Positions 9,833 to 19,489 of a stretch of DNA of 50,773 bases are shown in pieces. How positions within the stretch are numbered: the stretch's first letter is position 1; every line of letters begins with the position of its first letter. The translations under genes and the position numbers were made by a program. The stretch is taken from positions 1 to 50,773 of the forward strand of contig CANQWJ010000001.1 of NCBI GenBank assembly GCA_947627525.1, given 5' to 3'. The notes under the pieces were generated by a model. That model had not been told where the DNA came from and made no database searches. It saw nothing but the letters and a program-made list of their open reading frames with translations. This stretch comes from an uncultured Bacilli bacterium (GTDB lineage: Bacteria; Bacillota_I; Bacilli_A; RF39; UBA660).

Positions 9833-10507
9833 TTAGAAAACATTCTTAACAATAATATCCTTTTTAAATTTATATAATTTGGCTGGTTTATTTCCCTCAA
9901 ATCTAATTTCTTTACCAGTATCCATGATAAAACCTAAACTAAGAATTTTTTTACGGAAATTACGACGATCAAACTTTTTATCTAAAATAGCTTCATAAAC
10001 TTTTTGAATCTCTGGTAAAGTAAAGCCATCAGGATATAAGTTTTTTAACATATCCGATGAAACAATCTTTGTCTTTAATAATTCGATTGCATCTTTAAGT
10101 ATTTCATTGTGGTCATAGGCAAGTTCCGGTATTTTATCAATGGGGAACCAATTAGCATTTTCTGTTTTATCAGTCATTTTAACTAAATTAGCTTTTTTGA
10201 TATCCATAATGGCAATATAAGAAACGGCAATCATTCGCATAAGAGGTGAACGATCAATCTTACTATAGTTCCTAGATGGAATTAAATGCACATCAGTAAT
10301 ATTAGTCTTTTCTTTTATTTCTCTAATCATTCCCTCTTCTAACTCTTCATTATTATATAAAGCACCACCTACTAATGCCCATTTTCCTTTATAAGGTTCA
10401 TTACGTCTTTGAATTAATAAAACTTTACAAACGCCTTTATCAATAGTAAATATGGAACTGACGATATGAATTCCTTGATTTTTATATAACGGATTATTTA
10501 TTTGCAT
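9833..10507 (-). CDS. nrtR: NrtR-type regulator: Nudix domain fused to a C-terminal winged-helix DNA-binding domain
   Basis: The Nudix box GGALYNNEELEEGMIREIKEKTNI is partly degenerate: it has REIKEK instead of REx2EE, and Gly is replaced by Asn. C-terminal FTLPEIQKVYEAILDKKFDRRNFRKKILSLGFI matches the NrtR wHTH pattern. Confidence 0.78.
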   Translation of the reverse strand: MQINNPLYKNQGIHIVSSIFTIDKGVCKVLLIQRRNEPYKGKWALVGGALYNNEELEEGMIREIKEKTNITDVHLIPSRNYSKIDRSPLMRMIAVSYIAIMDIKKANLVKMTDKTENANWFPIDKIPELAYDHNEILKDAIELLKTKIVSSDMLKNLYPDGFTLPEIQKVYEAILDKKFDRRNFRKKILSLGFIMDTGKEIRFEGNKPAKLYKFKKDIIVKNVF

Positions 10508-10530
10508 CTCATCACCTCAACTACAATTAT

Positions 10531-10560
10531 ATTATATGTGTATATTATACACTTTGTCAA
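10531..10560 (-). promoter_or_regulatory. Promoter of the nrtR operon with an embedded perfect palindromic operator candidate
   Basis: Minus strand: TTGACA (10555..10560), 18 nt, TATAAT (10531..10536). The spacer contains GTGTATA-A-TATACAC (10538..10552), a 7-1-7 perfect inverted repeat. Confidence 0.55.
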
Positions 10561-10589
10561 CACAAAAAAGAAAATAATATTAAGTTATA

Positions 10590-11117
10590 TTATTTTCGAC
10601 CTTGGCCAATATATTCAACACTTTTTTGATCAACAAGTCGTTTTGCTAAAGTATGAATGATATTACTAGCAACATCACCTTCTGGTGAAATGTAATCAAC
10701 ACAACTAGCATAAGCTTCTTTCTTGATAACATCATCAGCTTCTTTGTCTTTTCGTCCCACCATCATTACAATGCTATCACGATTTTGCCACATAATTTTA
10801 GAAATAACATTATAGAATGATGAACAGTAGTCTTGAGCAAAAATAACAATGGGTGTATCACATGATGCAACAAGACTGATAATAGGACGTTCTCCTCGAC
10901 CTACACCTAAACTTTTTTCTGTTATATCAGGATCAAAAAGTCGCAAAAGACTGTGTTTAAAATCTATTAATGAAGAACAAGCAACAAAACTCTCAACTTC
11001 ACCATAATCTTCTAAGAATCGCTCAATTACTTTGGCATCTTTTTTCTTTAAAACAGTATTATCACTCAAAATAACGACATTTTGTCTAGGAACTTCTTCT
11101 TTGTTTAAATTAAGCAT
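10590..11117 (-). CDS. Hypothetical protein (175 aa, soluble, alpha/beta-like)
   Basis: ORF with SD GAAGGAGAT. It overlaps the upstream plsC-like stop by 8 nt, so the two are likely co-translated. No family recognised. Confidence 0.6.
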   Translation of the reverse strand: MLNLNKEEVPRQNVVILSDNTVLKKKDAKVIERFLEDYGEVESFVACSSLIDFKHSLLRLFDPDITEKSLGVGRGERPIISLVASCDTPIVIFAQDYCSSFYNVISKIMWQNRDSIVMMVGRKDKEADDVIKKEAYASCVDYISPEGDVASNIIHTLAKRLVDQKSVEYIGQGRK

Positions 11118-11742
11118 TTTTATCTCCTTCTGTCTTATCTATTGCTTGACCTTTTTTAATTAAACGGGCAACTTCTTTTTCTAATTTTTGATTTGCTTCT
11201 TCTAAAGTCATGTTTCCTACTTTAAATGGTTTCCCATAGATAATACGCAAATTTTTACTACGGAATTTGTAATCACCTGAAACACCAAAAGGAATCAAAG
11301 TAGCATTGGTCTTTTGGGCCATTGATACAGCACCAAATTTAAAAGGTAATAATAATTTATCAGTTTTATTACGCGTTCCTTCTGGGAACAAACCAACAGT
11401 ACCACCAGCATTTAATACGTCAAGTGCAGCATTTTTAGCTTCTTCATCTTTAATCGAACGATCAACTTTAATAACCCCTGTCATCTTGAAAAACCAACTT
11501 ACTTTCCAATCATCAAAATATTCACGTTTAGCCATCCAATGTATCATTCTTTTAGTTGCGATAATCGTCAAACACTGATCCATTATATGAATGTGATTAC
11601 CAACAAATAAAGCACATCCATCTTCTTCCTTAGGAATATTTTCTTTATTATATATTTTAGGATTATAATAAAACTTAAAAATAGGTTTTAAAATAGCTCT
11701 TAAAACGACATAGGCAAATTTACCATCATTTTTCTTCATCAT
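11110..11742 (-). CDS. 1-acyl-sn-glycerol-3-phosphate acyltransferase family (PlsC-like)
   Basis: HX4D motif in VGNHIHIMD, plus FPEGTRN and a PFKFGAVSMA block. Start ambiguous among GTG 11748, ATG 11742 and ATG 11739, adjacent to AGGTGAGG. Confidence 0.85.
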   Translation of the reverse strand: MMKKNDGKFAYVVLRAILKPIFKFYYNPKIYNKENIPKEEDGCALFVGNHIHIMDQCLTIIATKRMIHWMAKREYFDDWKVSWFFKMTGVIKVDRSIKDEEAKNAALDVLNAGGTVGLFPEGTRNKTDKLLLPFKFGAVSMAQKTNATLIPFGVSGDYKFRSKNLRIIYGKPFKVGNMTLEEANQKLEKEVARLIKKGQAIDKTEGDKNA

Positions 11743-11772
11743 CCTCACCTATTATCATTATAACATTTATAT

Positions 11773-13521
11773 CTATTTTTGTTTATTCTTTTTTGCTTGC
11801 TTTTCAGCTTCTTGACGAGCTAACTCTTTAAAATCAACTTTGCCAATTAAAGTTTGGGGAAGACTTTCACGGAATTCAAAGTCATAGGGAACCGCATATT
11901 GTGATAAGTTCTTTTTACAATATTCTTTAATATTTCTTTTTAAAGTTAAAGATTTCTTATACCCCTTTTTTAAAATGATATAAGCTTTCGCAACTTCAAC
12001 TTTATAAGGATGAGGAATGCCAATAACAGTACACTTTAAGACAGCTTCATGGTTTTCAATAACGGTTTCAATCTGTTGCGGATAAACGTTGTAACCACTA
12101 GTGATAATCATTCTTTTTAATCTTTGACGATAGAAGAAAACACCATCTTTGTCCATGTAACCAATGTCACCAGTATGAAGCCAAATATAGCCATCATTAT
12201 GCATTTGTAAAACTTCATTGGTCTCTTTTTCATTATCTAAGTACCCCATCATAACAGTTGGACCACAAACACATATTTCGCCATCTTCCATTACGCCTAC
12301 TTCTTCTTGAGTTCCAGGACGAACAATTTTATAGTAGTTTCCAGGAAGAGGAATACCAATACTTCCCTCTTTATTAGCACTACCAAAAGCGACAGCAGTT
12401 GCGGCAAGTGATTCCGTCATTCCGTATCCTTGGGCAATACTTACAGAACATTTATGTTCAAAAAGAAAAGTATTTATTTTACGCTCTAATGGCAAGTTGA
12501 GACTATCACCACCTGAAATAATATGTTTAATATGAGATAAATCTAACTTTTCATCATCTATTTTTAGTAATGCTTCATACAAAGTTGGTACTCCAAAGAT
12601 GATATTAGGATGTGATTTTAAAAGAATCTTTGTAAATCTTTTAGCATCAAACTGTGGCATTAAAATTAGTTTGCATCCTAAACATTGGGGACCATATATG
12701 TTAACACCAAGACCAAAGCCATGAAAGATTGGCATAATGGCAAGACAAGAGTCACCAATGGTAACATCTTTAAAAACAATTTTGGCTTGCTCCATTAACG
12801 ATGTAAAATTGCCATTTGATAAAACGATACCCTTAGGATTGCCCGTTGTTCCTCCACTATGTAAAATGACAGCAGGATGATTTTTTGAAGTATCAAAAAT
12901 ATACCTTCCATTGTAATTTTTTCCCTTATGAATAAAATCTTTCCAATAAATATATTCAGGACTTGCCTTTGGTTTTTTGATTTTATAACCTTGTGTTACT
13001 TGATAACCAACACCCAATAAAAAAGGCATTGAATCTTTAGCTGATACGACAATGGTACGATAAACATCTGTCTCATTAATAATATTTTTAACTTTTTCAT
13101 AACACATATCAATCATGACAAGCATTACACTTTTAGTTGAATTTAAATATTGTTTTATTTCTTGTTCACCAGATAAAGGATGAACCATATTCGCAATCGC
13201 TCCAATCTTGTTAAGAGCATAAAAACAAGTAATTCCTTCGGGCGTATTAGGCATGCATACCGTTACGACATCCCCTTCTCTAATTCCTTGACAACGAAAG
13301 GCTCTTGCACAATTATCAATATCGTGAAGAAATTGTTTATAGCTCACAACCGTTCCAAAATAGTCATAAGCTATCTCATCTAAAAAGTTATTAGCGCATT
13401 TCTCAAAATAATTATAAATAGAAATGTCTGGTGTCGTAATTGTTCTTTCCGAACGATCATAGTATTTACGCCAAGGAGCATTGGGCTTCTTAAGTCTTTT
13501 TATGCGATTAATAATATCCAT
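11773..13521 (-). CDS. AMP-dependent synthetase/ligase (long-chain acyl-CoA ligase-like)
   Basis: AMP-binding motifs ILHSGGTTGNPKGIVLS, GYGMTE, HTGDIGYMDKDG, GYNVYP and the C-terminal GKVDFKEL. Confidence 0.9.
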   Translation of the reverse strand: MDIINRIKRLKKPNAPWRKYYDRSERTITTPDISIYNYFEKCANNFLDEIAYDYFGTVVSYKQFLHDIDNCARAFRCQGIREGDVVTVCMPNTPEGITCFYALNKIGAIANMVHPLSGEQEIKQYLNSTKSVMLVMIDMCYEKVKNIINETDVYRTIVVSAKDSMPFLLGVGYQVTQGYKIKKPKASPEYIYWKDFIHKGKNYNGRYIFDTSKNHPAVILHSGGTTGNPKGIVLSNGNFTSLMEQAKIVFKDVTIGDSCLAIMPIFHGFGLGVNIYGPQCLGCKLILMPQFDAKRFTKILLKSHPNIIFGVPTLYEALLKIDDEKLDLSHIKHIISGGDSLNLPLERKINTFLFEHKCSVSIAQGYGMTESLAATAVAFGSANKEGSIGIPLPGNYYKIVRPGTQEEVGVMEDGEICVCGPTVMMGYLDNEKETNEVLQMHNDGYIWLHTGDIGYMDKDGVFFYRQRLKRMIITSGYNVYPQQIETVIENHEAVLKCTVIGIPHPYKVEVAKAYIILKKGYKKSLTLKRNIKEYCKKNLSQYAVPYDFEFRESLPQTLIGKVDFKELARQEAEKQAKKNKQK

Positions 13522-13523
13522 AT

Positions 13524-14099
13524 TTACCTCTTTTCAAGCAATAAATTTTTTACTTCATTCATTAACTTTTCATTGGCGACAGTTAAATCATCAGTTTTAA
13601 CATAATATGGTTTACCATAAACTATTTTCATACGTTTAATAAATGGTTTATACTTACCAGTTATCGCAAAAGGAAGAATTAATTTTTTAGCATCATGGGC
13701 CATTTTAACAGCCCCGATTTTAAATGGTGCAACGACATTTCCCGTACGATTAAAAGTTCCTTCTGGAAATATTCCAACGACGTGATCCTTCTTTAACTCC
13801 TTAACAGCCATGGGTATTGCTGTATGATCTTTTTCACGACGATTGACAGGAATTACTTGAACCCATCTAAAAATAAAAGCAAACTTAGACTTCAATAGCT
13901 CATCTTTGGCTAAAAAATGCACTGTTCTTTTATTGGTTGCAATCAAAAAAATACAATCCATGTTATTGCTGTGGTTCCCAGCAAGAACAACGCCCTCTTC
14001 TTTCGGAATATTCTCTTTACCAATAACAATTGGTCGATAAACAATATAGAAAAAAGCTTTAATTAATGGTCTAACCATACGATAAAACCAAACGTCCAT
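13524..14099 (-). CDS. 1-acyl-sn-glycerol-3-phosphate acyltransferase family (second PlsC-like paralog)
   Basis: HX4D in AGNHSNNMD, plus FPEGTFN and PFKIGAVKMA. Start at MDVWF (ATG ends at 14099) after TTGGAGGT. Confidence 0.85.
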   Translation of the reverse strand: MDVWFYRMVRPLIKAFFYIVYRPIVIGKENIPKEEGVVLAGNHSNNMDCIFLIATNKRTVHFLAKDELLKSKFAFIFRWVQVIPVNRREKDHTAIPMAVKELKKDHVVGIFPEGTFNRTGNVVAPFKIGAVKMAHDAKKLILPFAITGKYKPFIKRMKIVYGKPYYVKTDDLTVANEKLMNEVKNLLLEKR

Positions 14100-14168
14100 A
14101 ACTACCTCCAAAATTTAGTATAACTTATCCCTTCCTAAATAACAATTATTTTGTTAGGAAACTAACAT

Positions 14169-14837
14169 TTATAGATAAGTAACTATAATTAATAATATTA
14201 ATATTGTTAAAATAATAATCGATGTTTTACTAATTTTTAAACGTTTATAATCTTTAGCTTTTAAAGATGATGTGTAAATACCGCTATCATCAAGAATTAA
14301 ACCTAGATATTTTTTATTCTTTAAATCATTCTTACTAAGAATTGTAAAACTAGTAGAATCATCTAAGTCAAGATATCTAATATCTTTTGGCATTAGTAAA
14401 ATATCAAAGGTCATAACAATATCACCAATTGATCCAGCAATATTAAAAACAGATAAAAATAATAATAAATTACTATTAATGATTAATCCTATGACATAAG
14501 TAAAAATACCAATAAAAAATAATGGAAAAACTAAAGAAATAAGAATATTTAATTTACTTATTTTCTCTTTACACATACAGTAAAAAATACCTTTTTCTAG
14601 TTCAGCACCAAAAACAACATTCTTAAATTTTACTTTTCCTAAAATGAGAAAACCAATACCATGTAATATTTCATGAAGAATTAACCAGAAAATCAATATT
14701 AATATCCATGACATTTCTATATTTAAAACATCAAGATTACCTGTTAAAAAATAAGTAAGAATAAAAAGAAAAATTAACAAAACAAAATCTAAGATATTTA
14801 ATAAAAACAAATTTAATTTATAAGTATAATAGTTCAT
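14169..14837 (-). CDS. Polytopic membrane protein with an HExxH motif (putative membrane metalloprotease, DUF3267-like)
   Basis: 222 aa with multiple TM helices and LHEILHGIGF (HExxH). The family name is from memory. Confidence 0.55.
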   Translation of the reverse strand: MNYYTYKLNLFLLNILDFVLLIFLFILTYFLTGNLDVLNIEMSWILILIFWLILHEILHGIGFLILGKVKFKNVVFGAELEKGIFYCMCKEKISKLNILISLVFPLFFIGIFTYVIGLIINSNLLLFLSVFNIAGSIGDIVMTFDILLMPKDIRYLDLDDSTSFTILSKNDLKNKKYLGLILDDSGIYTSSLKAKDYKRLKISKTSIIILTILILLIIVTYL

Positions 14838-14840
14838 AAA

Positions 14841-15383
14841 TCACCTAAAATATTTCTTATATTCACCCTTATCTTTAAGGAAAGATAAAAACTCAGTTAA
14901 TTTTTTAACATTTTCTTTACTAATAATAAAGGCCTGATTATCACTAATAAAGAGATAGACATTAGTCTTCGTTTCACAAATGCGATATAAGTCTTTATAA
15001 TCGACTTTTAAATCAGTATGTTTTGATTTACTAGTAAAATATTCTTCATAAAAAGTTAAAGTCTCTTCTAAAACTTGTATTTTAAGACTATTACGATACA
15101 TCTTTTTGATTTGATGATTTATTGTCAAATAAAAAGCAAGTGGATAAATGATCGCAAAAACACCTAAGAGAATGACGACGTACCAATTACCTTTTAAAGC
15201 ATTTAATATAGCTGCACCAATTGTTAAAAAGATAATAACTAATTTAGGTATTAAACTACTTTTAAACTTATTTAAATAGAAATGTTGAAAACGGGAAAAC
15301 TCTTTTTCGGTTATAGTTGTAGTCGTTTTAAAGAGATAATTATCTGTCTCTTTTTTTATTTCTTTTTTCTTTTTATTACTCAT
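14841..15383 (-). CDS. Membrane protein, YcxB-like (two central TM helices plus a C-terminal soluble domain)
   Basis: 180-aa ORF. The topology pattern fits, but the family assignment is tentative. Confidence 0.5.
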   Translation of the reverse strand: MSNKKKKEIKKETDNYLFKTTTTITEKEFSRFQHFYLNKFKSSLIPKLVIIFLTIGAAILNALKGNWYVVILLGVFAIIYPLAFYLTINHQIKKMYRNSLKIQVLEETLTFYEEYFTSKSKHTDLKVDYKDLYRICETKTNVYLFISDNQAFIISKENVKKLTEFLSFLKDKGEYKKYFR

Positions 15384-15436
15384 ATCATCACCTATTTCAT
15401 TATATCATATAATAAAAAAAAGTAGTATTAAACTAC

Positions 15437-15838
15437 TTATTTTTCAAGATAAAAGTAACTGATATTACAAGTCATTAAAAGCGTCTTTTCTTCATCATAA
15501 ATAGATACTTCAAATAAAGAAATACTACGTCCACTTTTAATGCACTTACAAATAGCTTTGATGTGTCCTTTGGAACAAGAATGAAGATAATTAACTGATG
15601 AATTAATGGTAACTGCTTTACCTCCTGTTGTTCTTGCAGCAATTCCAGCAGCCGTATCCGCAAGACCAAAGAGATAACCACCATGAACAATACCATAAGG
15701 ATTTAGACTGTTTTCACTAACCTCTCCTTCTAGTTCACAATAATTTTCTAATACTTTTATTACTTTATAATTATTATTTTTCATAAAACCTTGAACATCT
15801 TTTAATTGTTCAAGAGCTTGTTCTGTTAAATCTTCCAT
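15437..15838 (-). CDS. PaaI-family hotdog-fold thioesterase
   Basis: NPYGIVHGGYLFGLADTAAG motif. 133 aa. SD is AGGAGGAAAT. Confidence 0.85.
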   Translation of the reverse strand: MEDLTEQALEQLKDVQGFMKNNNYKVIKVLENYCELEGEVSENSLNPYGIVHGGYLFGLADTAAGIAARTTGGKAVTINSSVNYLHSCSKGHIKAICKCIKSGRSISLFEVSIYDEEKTLLMTCNISYFYLEK

Positions 15839-15846
15839 ATTTCCTC

Positions 15847-17715
15847 CTATTCTAATTCAAAAGCCCCAGTATATAACTGATAGTATTTACCTTTTTCTTC
15901 AATTAGTTTTTCATGGTCACCTCTTTCAATGATTTCACCATTTTCTAAAACCATTATCGCTTTAGCATTACGAACTGTTGATAAGCGGTGGGCAATGACA
16001 AAAACTGTTCGTCCTTCCATCAATTTATCCATGCCGTCTTGCACTATCTTTTCCGTACGCGTATCAATGCTAGAAGTTGCTTCATCTAAAATCATAACGG
16101 GTGGATTACTTACGGCACAGCGCGCAATAGCAAGCAGTTGACGTTGTCCTTGCGAAAGATTAGAACCATTGCCTTTAATAACGGTATTATAACCATTTGG
16201 TAGTTTACGAATGAATTTATCCGCATTCGCAAGACGTGCTGCTTCAATGCACTCATCATCAGTTGCATTCTCTCGTCCATAACGCAAATTATCCATTATT
16301 GTTCCCGTAAATAGATTTGTATCTTGTAAAACGATTCCTAATGATTTACGCAAATCATTCTTATTGATTTGTTTAATATCAATACCATCATAAAGAATTG
16401 TTCCAGATTCAATGTCATAAAAACGATTTATTAGATTTGTAATAGTTGTTTTTCCAGCTCCCGTTGCTCCAACAAAAGCAATCTTTTGTCCGGGCTTCGC
16501 ATACAAATTGATATCTTTAAGGACTTGCTTACCCTTTACATAACTAAAGTCAACATCAATGAAACGAACGTCTCCTTTTAATTCCGTTAAAGTATTATTA
16601 TCCAAATCTTTCCAAGCCCATAAACCGGTATAAGTATTTGATTCAACTAGAAGACCATCATCATTTTTACGAACGTATGAAAGAACGATACGTCCTTTAT
16701 TCTCTTCACTCTTTTGATCAATTAAATTAAAGATACGACGAGCTCCGGCCATCGCTAAAGCAACCGAATTATATTGTTGTGATACTTGATTGACTTGCAT
16801 CGTAAAGTTTCTTGTCAAAAGAAGGAAAGACGCAATCGCACCAATTGTTAAAGTATTAGTTTTAATCGCTATTATACTACCTAAAATAGCAATGACAACA
16901 TATAATAAATAACCAATATTTCCCATAATAGGCATCATAATATTCGCAAAAGTATTAGCTTTTTTAGTGTTTTCAAAAAGTTCTTCATTCAATTTATCAA
17001 AACTCTTTTTAGCTTCATCTTCATAAGTAAAAACTTTAATTACTTTTTGACCATCAATCATCTCTTCAATGAACCCATTGACAGTGGCCACCGATTTTTG
17101 ACGAAGAACAAAATATTTTGAAGCTTTACCACCAACTATTTTCGCAACTTTTAACATCACTAAGACACCAAGAACAATTACTAAAGTCAAAGGAACATTT
17201 AAAGTTAACATCGATATGAAAACCGCTACTAAAATGACCGCACTATTGACAACATTAGGAATACTTTGGGAAATCATTTCACGAAGTGTATCAGTATCAT
17301 TGATGTAATAACTCATAATATCACCATGACTATTGTCATCAAAAAACTTAACTGGTAATGTCTCCATATGGGAAAACATATCATCACGAATTATTTTTAA
17401 AACGCCTTGACTTATAATGACGACAACGCGCGTATAAATAAATGTCGCAATAACACCAACTAGACATATTAATCCCATGAAAAGAATGGCTTGACCAAGT
17501 TTCAAAAAAGACGGATTAACAACCCCAATTAAAGGAGTTATGTAGTCATCTATTAATTTTTGTAAAAAGAGTTGACTACTAACGTGACAGACAGAGCTGA
17601 CAATAATAGCGATAATAATAACGATTAGTTCCATTTTAAAATTATCGGTTATATATTTTAAAATGCGAAACAAAACATTTTTGTCAACCTTCTTATGTTT
17701 ACTCACTACTATCAC
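15847..17715 (-). CDS. ABC exporter, fused permease/ATPase (consensus-site half of a heterodimer)
   Basis: Six N-terminal TM helices. Walker A GATGAGKTT, Walker B VMILDEATSSID (catalytic Glu present), signature LSQGQ (deviant). Confidence 0.92.
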   Translation of the reverse strand: MIVVSKHKKVDKNVLFRILKYITDNFKMELIVIIIAIIVSSVCHVSSQLFLQKLIDDYITPLIGVVNPSFLKLGQAILFMGLICLVGVIATFIYTRVVVIISQGVLKIIRDDMFSHMETLPVKFFDDNSHGDIMSYYINDTDTLREMISQSIPNVVNSAVILVAVFISMLTLNVPLTLVIVLGVLVMLKVAKIVGGKASKYFVLRQKSVATVNGFIEEMIDGQKVIKVFTYEDEAKKSFDKLNEELFENTKKANTFANIMMPIMGNIGYLLYVVIAILGSIIAIKTNTLTIGAIASFLLLTRNFTMQVNQVSQQYNSVALAMAGARRIFNLIDQKSEENKGRIVLSYVRKNDDGLLVESNTYTGLWAWKDLDNNTLTELKGDVRFIDVDFSYVKGKQVLKDINLYAKPGQKIAFVGATGAGKTTITNLINRFYDIESGTILYDGIDIKQINKNDLRKSLGIVLQDTNLFTGTIMDNLRYGRENATDDECIEAARLANADKFIRKLPNGYNTVIKGNGSNLSQGQRQLLAIARCAVSNPPVMILDEATSSIDTRTEKIVQDGMDKLMEGRTVFVIAHRLSTVRNAKAIMVLENGEIIERGDHEKLIEEKGKYYQLYTGAFELE

Positions 17716-19432
17716 TTCCTCTTACTTGGGAATTATATACTTCTTGATATATCTTATTATTTTTTAAAAGTTTTTTAGGAGTATCAAAAGCATCGATTTC
17801 ACCATTATCTAAGACGATGACACGATCACAATCTTCAACGCTAGAAATACGTTGCGCAATAATTATCTTAGTGACATCAGGAATATATTCTTTAAATGAT
17901 TTACGAATTAAAGCATCTGTTTTTGTATCAACTGCACTCGTTGAATCATCCAAAATCAATATTTTAGGATTTTTTAATAGGGCTCTTGCGATACAAAGAC
18001 GTTGTTTTTGTCCCCCACTAACATTTGTACCACCTTGATCAATATAAGTATCATATCCAAGCGGAAACTTATCAATAAATTCATTACAACAAGCAATATC
18101 ACACACTTTTTTTACTTCTTCAAGGGTGGCATCCTTCTTACCCCAACGCAAATTATCCATTATCGTTCCACTAAATAAAACATTCTTTTGAAGAACGACA
18201 GCGACACTATCACGAAGAGAGGCGATGTCATAATTGCGAACATCAACGCCTCCTACTTTAACGCTACCAGTTAAAACATCATAAAGACGCGGTATCAAAT
18301 TGACAAGAGTACTCTTACTTGAACCAATACCACCAATAATACCAATGACTTCACCTGATTTTATATTGATGTTAACATCTTTTAAGCTTAATTTTTCTTG
18401 ATCCTTTACATAACTAAAATTGACATTGTCAAAAACAATAGATCCATCTTTTACTTCATGTATCGCGCGTTTAGGATTCTTTAAATCTGGTTTTTCATCT
18501 AATACTTCAACGATACGTTTAATTGATGGAAGAGAAATGATACACATTACATAGACCATTGAAAGCATCATTAAACTATTTAAGATTTGGGCAGCATAAG
18601 TAACGACACTTGTTAGTTCCCCACTCGTTAAAATTCCCCCAACGACATAATGAGCACCAAACCAAGATACCAATAAAATAGATGTATAAATACATAGACG
18701 CATAATTGGATTATTGAGAGCCACTAGTTTTTCGGCTTTTAAGAAGTCTTTATAAATTTTATCGGAGATTTTATTAAACTTATTTATTTCACTTTCTTCT
18801 TGAACATAGGCCTTAACAACCCGAATTCCTCTTACGTTTTCTTGAACACCATTATTTAATTCATCATATGTTGTAAATACGCCCTCAAATAAAGGATGGG
18901 CAATTGTTGCGATCCAAATGAGAAGAAATCCCAAAACAAAAGCAACAATTAAAAAGATCAAAGCAAGTTTAGCATTTATGGTAAAAACCATTAATAGTGA
19001 AAATAATAACATCATCGGTGCTCGAACAGCAATCCTTGTAATCATTTGATAAGCCATTTGCACATTATTTACATCCGTCGTTAAACGGGTCACTAAACTT
19101 GATGAAGAAAATCTTTCAATATTTGAAAAAGAATAATCTTGTATTTTATAATACATATCTTTACGCAAGTTCTTAGCGAATCCACTGGATGCTAAAGCGG
19201 CATATTTACCTGATAAAGCTCCAAAAATCAAAGAAAGAATTGCTAAAAGGACTAATATACCACCAATGATAAAAATAACTTTAAAGTCACTCTTTTCAAT
19301 ACCTTTATCAATAATATCAGCCATCAATATTGGAATTAATACCTCTAAAATAACTTCTAAAGAAACATAAAAAGGTGTTAAAAAAGTTGCCTTTTTATAT
19401 TCTCTTACTGATTTTAATATTCTTTTTATCAT
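17699..19432 (-). CDS. ABC exporter, fused permease/ATPase (degenerate-site half of a heterodimer)
   Basis: Walker A GGIGSSKST (deviant), Walker B ILILDDSTSAVD (Asp replaces the catalytic Glu), signature VSGGQ. It overlaps the partner gene by 17 nt. Confidence 0.92.
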   Translation of the reverse strand: MIKRILKSVREYKKATFLTPFYVSLEVILEVLIPILMADIIDKGIEKSDFKVIFIIGGILVLLAILSLIFGALSGKYAALASSGFAKNLRKDMYYKIQDYSFSNIERFSSSSLVTRLTTDVNNVQMAYQMITRIAVRAPMMLLFSLLMVFTINAKLALIFLIVAFVLGFLLIWIATIAHPLFEGVFTTYDELNNGVQENVRGIRVVKAYVQEESEINKFNKISDKIYKDFLKAEKLVALNNPIMRLCIYTSILLVSWFGAHYVVGGILTSGELTSVVTYAAQILNSLMMLSMVYVMCIISLPSIKRIVEVLDEKPDLKNPKRAIHEVKDGSIVFDNVNFSYVKDQEKLSLKDVNINIKSGEVIGIIGGIGSSKSTLVNLIPRLYDVLTGSVKVGGVDVRNYDIASLRDSVAVVLQKNVLFSGTIMDNLRWGKKDATLEEVKKVCDIACCNEFIDKFPLGYDTYIDQGGTNVSGGQKQRLCIARALLKNPKILILDDSTSAVDTKTDALIRKSFKEYIPDVTKIIIAQRISSVEDCDRVIVLDNGEIDAFDTPKKLLKNNKIYQEVYNSQVRGSDSSE

Positions 19433-19489
19433 ATTATCACCTTATTCAAAACATAAATATATTAACATACATCCGAAAAAAAAGACAAC

